A DNA stretch of 63,998 bases, filler included, from an uncultured bacterium (GTDB taxonomy: Bacteria > Latescibacterota > UBA2968): assembly GCA_964471275.1 (NCBI GenBank). It is 4 parts of 4 records of this genome, joined end to end, with 100 filler letters (N's around TTAATTAATTAA, not from the genome) between each part and the next. Parts side by side here need not be neighbours in the genome. Positions count along the whole stretch, not along the records: positions 48,404 to 63,998 come from CAYYGZ010000103.1; 3 more parts are not named here. One strand, written 5' to 3'. Within the stretch, counting starts at the first letter, position 1; each line of letters starts with the position of its first letter. Below the pieces are notes generated by a model. The model saw nothing but the letters and a program-made list of their open reading frames with translations, ran no database searches and was not told the DNA's origin. The position numbers and the translations under genes were made by a program. Of the stretch, positions 59,767 to 63,998 are shown piece after piece.

Positions 59767-62700
59767 TGACCGATGCTACTGACCGGATCCCGCGAACCAA
59801 CGCCGACATACTGCACCGGCTCGAGCGTGCCCGGACCAGAGAAACACGTTTGCGCGTATGGACGAATGGGTCGTCGCTCCTGACGGTGCTGGGGTGTGTC
59901 ACCCTCCTGCTGATCGGCCTGGAGAGTATCTCCTACCTCTCCCCGACAGCGAAGACGGCGATACTGGTGTTGATCGGCATTCTGGCCCTCTCGGGGGCCG
60001 GCTGGGGCGTGGTGCGACCCTTTTTCACGCCTGTCTCGCTGGAAGAAGCGGCCCGGCGCATCGAACATCGCCACGGGGGTCTGCATCAGCACCTGATCAA
60101 CGCCGTCCAGCTCGGACGTGAGCGGAATCGGCGCGGTGTCTCGGACCAGCTGATCGATGCGGCGATCGCCCAGGCATCCGATCAGACGGCCAACATAGAC
60201 TTCACGGACGCGTTCGACGGTGTCGCCGCAAAGACATCAGCCAAACGACTCGTGCTTGTCTTGATCGTGGGAGCACTTGGACTTCTGCTCATTCCGGGCC
60301 CGGCCATCGATGCCCTCGCGCGTCTGACTCATCCAACCGTTCAGTATGTCCAGCCACGCGAGACTCGTCTTTCGATCGCTCCCGGTGACACGATGGTAAT
60401 CGTTGACGAGTCACTCACGCTGAAGGCCGATATCGAGGGTATCGTACCGCTCCACGCGATCCTCTTCACGCAGGAGGCGGGCCAGGACGCCTGGTCTTCC
60501 TTCGAAATCCCGATCCGCGAGAATCGTGCTGTCCACGAGATCGCTTCGGTGCGGCGATCGTTCGCCTACCGGTGGCAGGCTCACGATGCAGACACCGAGC
60601 CGAACCACGTGCTCGCAAGACCTCGTCCAGTCGTGCTCTCACTCGTGACCCGGTATCACTACCCGGCATACACCGGGCTCCCCGGTCGCACGGACGTTGA
60701 AGGGGGCGACATCGCGGCACTGAAGGGCACTGAGGTGGATCTTCAGATCCGGTCCAGCAGACCGCTGGCCGAGGCCTGGCTGTCTTTCGAAGACGCGGAT
60801 CAGATCCCCGCACGAGCCGAACGCGATTCGGCGTTCGTGAAGTTCCGCGTAGACGGCCCCGCGCGGTTCACCATCGGCCTGCGCGACACGGTTGGGATTC
60901 CAAACGCAAACCCGGTGACCTATCGCGTATTGACGCTGAAAGATGAGCCTCCAGCCATCGTCGTGCTCCGGCCGGGATCGGACTCGGAGTTGGGGGAGCG
61001 GATGGAAGTCCCCCTGCTGTTCGAAGCCACGGACGACTTCGGTGTCGCTCGAGTCGATATTCTCTACAGAGTCAACCAGGAAGGCGACCTCAAAACGAGA
61101 CGCATCGATCTGGACACCCCCGACGCCGGTGAGATCGTCCAGGCCACGCTGTGGGATCTCTCTCAGGCAGACCTGATGCCGGGAGATCAGATTACATATC
61201 GACTGCGCGCCACGGACATCAACACCCTGACGGGGCCCGGCATCGGTGAGACTCCCGAGTATGTTGTGCGATTCCCCTCTCTCCACGAGATACACGAGGC
61301 TGCACGGCGGACGCAGGAAGAAACGGTGGAGCAGCTGGAGGAATTGTCTGACCGAAGCCGAGATCTTCGGGAACGGATGAAGAATGTCTCTCGGGAGATC
61401 CTGAAGAACGAAGAAGCGACCTGGGAGGATCGGGCGGAAATCCGGGATGCGATCCAGGAGCAGGAGCAGCTGAGGGAGGAAATCGAACAGCAAAGACATC
61501 AACTCGATCAGATGCGTCAGCGACTCGAGCAAAGCGGTCTCCTGAGTGCCGAGACAATCCAGAAGGTCGAGCAGATCCGTGAGCTGATGGCCGGGCTGAG
61601 CTCGCCCGAGCTCGACCGGTTTTCTCAGGAGCTTCGGGATGCTATGGAACAGGCCGACCCCGAGATGATCCAGGAGGCCCTCGATCGTCTGGCGGCAGAG
61701 CAGGAGACGTTCCAGCTGAATCTTGACCGGACGATCGCGCTCCTTAAACGCGTTCGTGATGAACAGATGCTCGACGCGCTCTCCTCCAGGCTGCGGGATC
61801 TCGCGCAGAATCAACAGGACATACACAGCGGTGTCGAGACAAGACCTGTGGATGATCTGGCCGAACGCCAAAGCGCCCAGACACGCGAAGCCGAGCACCT
61901 TGTGGAAGCGCTGACGGATGCGGCCGAATCGATCGAGGCCCCGGACAGACGCCTCGAGAGCTTTGCAGGAGCATTCGAGGATGCACGGATCCCGGATCGA
62001 TCGAGCCAGTCGGCGCGTGACCTGAAGGCTGAACACAGGGACAGAGCCCAACAGGGAACAAAGCAGCTGGCGCAGGATCTGGACCGAATGGCAACGGATC
62101 TCGAATCGATCAAGGAAGCCTACCGGCAGGCAGGGAAGGATGAGCTGACCGAGGAGCTGTCCGGCATCTTCCGGGATCTGCTGAGCCTGTCGCGTTCGCA
62201 GGAACGAACCGCAACCGAAGCACTGAGGGGGGGACGCAGATCCGATCACGAATCGCTGTCAGGGCGTCAGACCCGTGACATGAACGCTGCCGTCCGTCTT
62301 GCTGAACGCCTGATGGATACCAGCCGGAAGACATTCCTCGTGCCCCCGCAGGCCGGCGTCGGACTTCAGAACGCGACAGCACAGATCCAAAAATCGATGG
62401 GACATCTGCAGCGCAATCTGGGCGATCAGGCAGGCAAGGATGCTCGCGAGGCGATGGCCGGCCTCAACAGCTCCGCGATGGGCGTCAGGAATGCCCTTGC
62501 CGCTGTCAAATCCGCCGGGTCTGCAACCGGTCTCGACGAAATGCTGCAGCAGCTTGCTCAAGCATCCGATCGTCAGGGTGATCTGAACGCAGAAACCGAG
62601 GGTGCTGCTGGTCAATCCCGGCCAGGGGGCCAATCGGGCGGTGGCACGGGCGGCCTCCCCCGGTTGTCGGCCGAACAACAGGCCATCCAGCAGATGCTCG

Positions 62701-63101
62701 ACGACCTTCGCCGGCAGTTCAGCACGCAGGAAGGCGATGCGCTCGGCGATCTCGGTAAGGTGTCCGAAGACATGGCAGACGTCGCGAGACGGCTGGCACG
62801 CAACCAGCTGGATCAGCCGACCGTCGAGCGTCAGCGGCGGATCCTGTCTCGTCTCCTTGACGCGCAGCGTTCGCTCAGGCAGCGCGGGTTCAGCAATGAC
62901 CGAGAGGCAAAGGTGGGTGAAGCATTCGCTTACCGGGGACCTGGAAGCCTGCCAATGGATCTTGGCGAAAGCAATAACCCGCTCCGCGCCAGACTCAAGG
63001 AAGCCCTGCGACAGGGTTATCCGGAAGAGTATCAGTCGCTGATCCGTCGCTACTTCGATCGACTCATCGAAGACGCGGCCGCACCGGAGGCTACACCGTG
63101 A
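59766..63101 (+). CDS. DUF4175-like membrane protein with Ig-like and long coiled-coil regions
   Basis: Three N-terminal TMs, YPAYTGL, ATDDFG, Q/E-rich coiled coil, RQRRILSRLLDA..S, P.EY...I..YF. Confidence 0.8.
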   Translation: MTDATDRIPRTNADILHRLERARTRETRLRVWTNGSSLLTVLGCVTLLLIGLESISYLSPTAKTAILVLIGILALSGAGWGVVRPFFTPVSLEEAARRIEHRHGGLHQHLINAVQLGRERNRRGVSDQLIDAAIAQASDQTANIDFTDAFDGVAAKTSAKRLVLVLIVGALGLLLIPGPAIDALARLTHPTVQYVQPRETRLSIAPGDTMVIVDESLTLKADIEGIVPLHAILFTQEAGQDAWSSFEIPIRENRAVHEIASVRRSFAYRWQAHDADTEPNHVLARPRPVVLSLVTRYHYPAYTGLPGRTDVEGGDIAALKGTEVDLQIRSSRPLAEAWLSFEDADQIPARAERDSAFVKFRVDGPARFTIGLRDTVGIPNANPVTYRVLTLKDEPPAIVVLRPGSDSELGERMEVPLLFEATDDFGVARVDILYRVNQEGDLKTRRIDLDTPDAGEIVQATLWDLSQADLMPGDQITYRLRATDINTLTGPGIGETPEYVVRFPSLHEIHEAARRTQEETVEQLEELSDRSRDLRERMKNVSREILKNEEATWEDRAEIRDAIQEQEQLREEIEQQRHQLDQMRQRLEQSGLLSAETIQKVEQIRELMAGLSSPELDRFSQELRDAMEQADPEMIQEALDRLAAEQETFQLNLDRTIALLKRVRDEQMLDALSSRLRDLAQNQQDIHSGVETRPVDDLAERQSAQTREAEHLVEALTDAAESIEAPDRRLESFAGAFEDARIPDRSSQSARDLKAEHRDRAQQGTKQLAQDLDRMATDLESIKEAYRQAGKDELTEELSGIFRDLLSLSRSQERTATEALRGGRRSDHESLSGRQTRDMNAAVRLAERLMDTSRKTFLVPPQAGVGLQNATAQIQKSMGHLQRNLGDQAGKDAREAMAGLNSSAMGVRNALAAVKSAGSATGLDEMLQQLAQASDRQGDLNAETEGAAGQSRPGGQSGGGTGGLPRLSAEQQAIQQMLDDLRRQFSTQEGDALGDLGKVSEDMADVARRLARNQLDQPTVERQRRILSRLLDAQRSLRQRGFSNDREAKVGEAFAYRGPGSLPMDLGESNNPLRARLKEALRQGYPEEYQSLIRRYFDRLIEDAAAPEATP

Positions 63102-63998
63102 ACGCGCTTGTCATTGGATTCCTCGTTCTCGCATCCGCCATCGGGAGTGTCACCGGGCAATCGGACGAACGTGCGCTCCTCCGTCAGGGGATGAAGCTCG
63201 AGAACGGCGGACAGATCGAGGCGGCAATCCGTGTCTACGAGGGTCTACACAGTCGAAACAGCCGCAATACCAGCGTGATCTATCGTCTGGCATCCGCATA
63301 CCAGAAGGTCGGCCGGTTCGACGAGGCCATCAGAATCCTCCAGACACGGCTGAAGCTGGCGCCTGGTGATATCACCGGCAGAAACCGGCTGAGCGATGTC
63401 TACTTCTCCGCCGGCCGAACACAGGAGTCCGATCGCGAAGTCGATCGGATTCTACAGTTGAGCCCGAACCAGGGCACCTATGCCTCAGTCGGTCAGCGAT
63501 ACGAAAGACGAAACCAGGACGAGAAAGCGACGGCCGTGTATCGGCGGGCCCGCCAGACACTCAAGGATCCAGAACTGTTTGCTCGCGAATTGGGTCAGAT
63601 CTACGAGCGCGCGGAAAAGTATCTGTCTGCCGTCCGCGAATACAGAACACTCGCGAAACAGAAGCCGCAGTATGTCTCGCTTGTCGAATCGAAGCTCCGG
63701 GAAATCGCAAAACAAGCACCGGACCTTCCCCCCCTCCTCGCGATCCTGATCGAGGGTGTCAAGGGAGGCTACAAGGACGGCCGCACATCCCGCTTGCTGG
63801 TCACCTTCGCGATAGCCGGCGGGATGTCAGGCGAGGCCCTCGCCGAACTGCTGATCCTGCCGAAGGATGCGCCGATAGAGGGAAGCTTGCTCAGACTCGG
63901 TCGTGAGTCACTCGAGCACGCGGACGCGGGGGACGCGATTCGAGCGTTCGAAGCGCTCTCGGCACGCACTCGAAATCGCACGATCCGCCTGCAGGCAC
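63098..63998 (+). CDS. Secreted TPR protein (partial)
   Basis: GTG overlapping the previous stop after GGAGG; signal peptide, then TPR units (LASAYQKVGRFDEAI, LGQIYE). Confidence 0.8.
   Translation, partial: MNALVIGFLVLASAIGSVTGQSDERALLRQGMKLENGGQIEAAIRVYEGLHSRNSRNTSVIYRLASAYQKVGRFDEAIRILQTRLKLAPGDITGRNRLSDVYFSAGRTQESDREVDRILQLSPNQGTYASVGQRYERRNQDEKATAVYRRARQTLKDPELFARELGQIYERAEKYLSAVREYRTLAKQKPQYVSLVESKLREIAKQAPDLPPLLAILIEGVKGGYKDGRTSRLLVTFAIAGGMSGEALAELLILPKDAPIEGSLLRLGRESLEHADAGDAIRAFEALSARTRNRTIRLQA

Noticed and set aside
2766..62249. Long antisense or alternate-frame ORFs (e.g. 2766-3755, 7186-8130, 10955-11695, 19217-20140, 38923-39996, 60639-62249)
   Set aside because: Shadow ORFs of well-supported genes in GC-rich DNA, with no motifs.

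Overview
The window is four unlinked contigs of about 16 kb each (1-16108, 16209-32235, 32336-48303, 48404-63998), joined by artificial N/TTAATTAATTAA/N spacers, so it is a draft or metagenome-assembled genome. The organism is a moderately GC-rich diderm bacterium; gene content is reminiscent of Latescibacterota/Poribacteria-like lineages (inference only). Contigs 1-3 are mainly accessory carbohydrate and amino-acid catabolism: Gfo/Idh/MocA, aldo-keto reductase, DadA-like dehydrogenase, sodium:solute symporter, M20 hydrolase, BNR and beta-propeller proteins, an enolase-superfamily enzyme and SGNH hydrolases. They also carry glutamine synthetase III, an oadGBA-type Na+-pumping decarboxylase, csp, an ECF sigma factor and the 3' end of dnaK. 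Contig 4 is a housekeeping/envelope cluster (lptD-like, dtd, maf, rodZ-like, priA, flippase, CxxCxxCC protein, DUF4159, DUF4175-like, TPR). No rRNA, tRNA or CRISPR array was seen. Most notable: (1) a dispersed ~160-bp palindromic element family with CCTGAGT...ACTCAGG ends; (2) an alginate-lyase-like / PhnD-like substrate-binding fusion; (3) a metallophosphoesterase / TIM-barrel fusion with a CTG start missed by the ORF track; (4) a propeller-hydrolase + GH91-like beta-helix + DUF6785-type transporter module; (5) about a dozen pseudogenes, many with internal deletions, plus two IS3 remnants. All family assignments are from motif recognition by eye; no database search was run.
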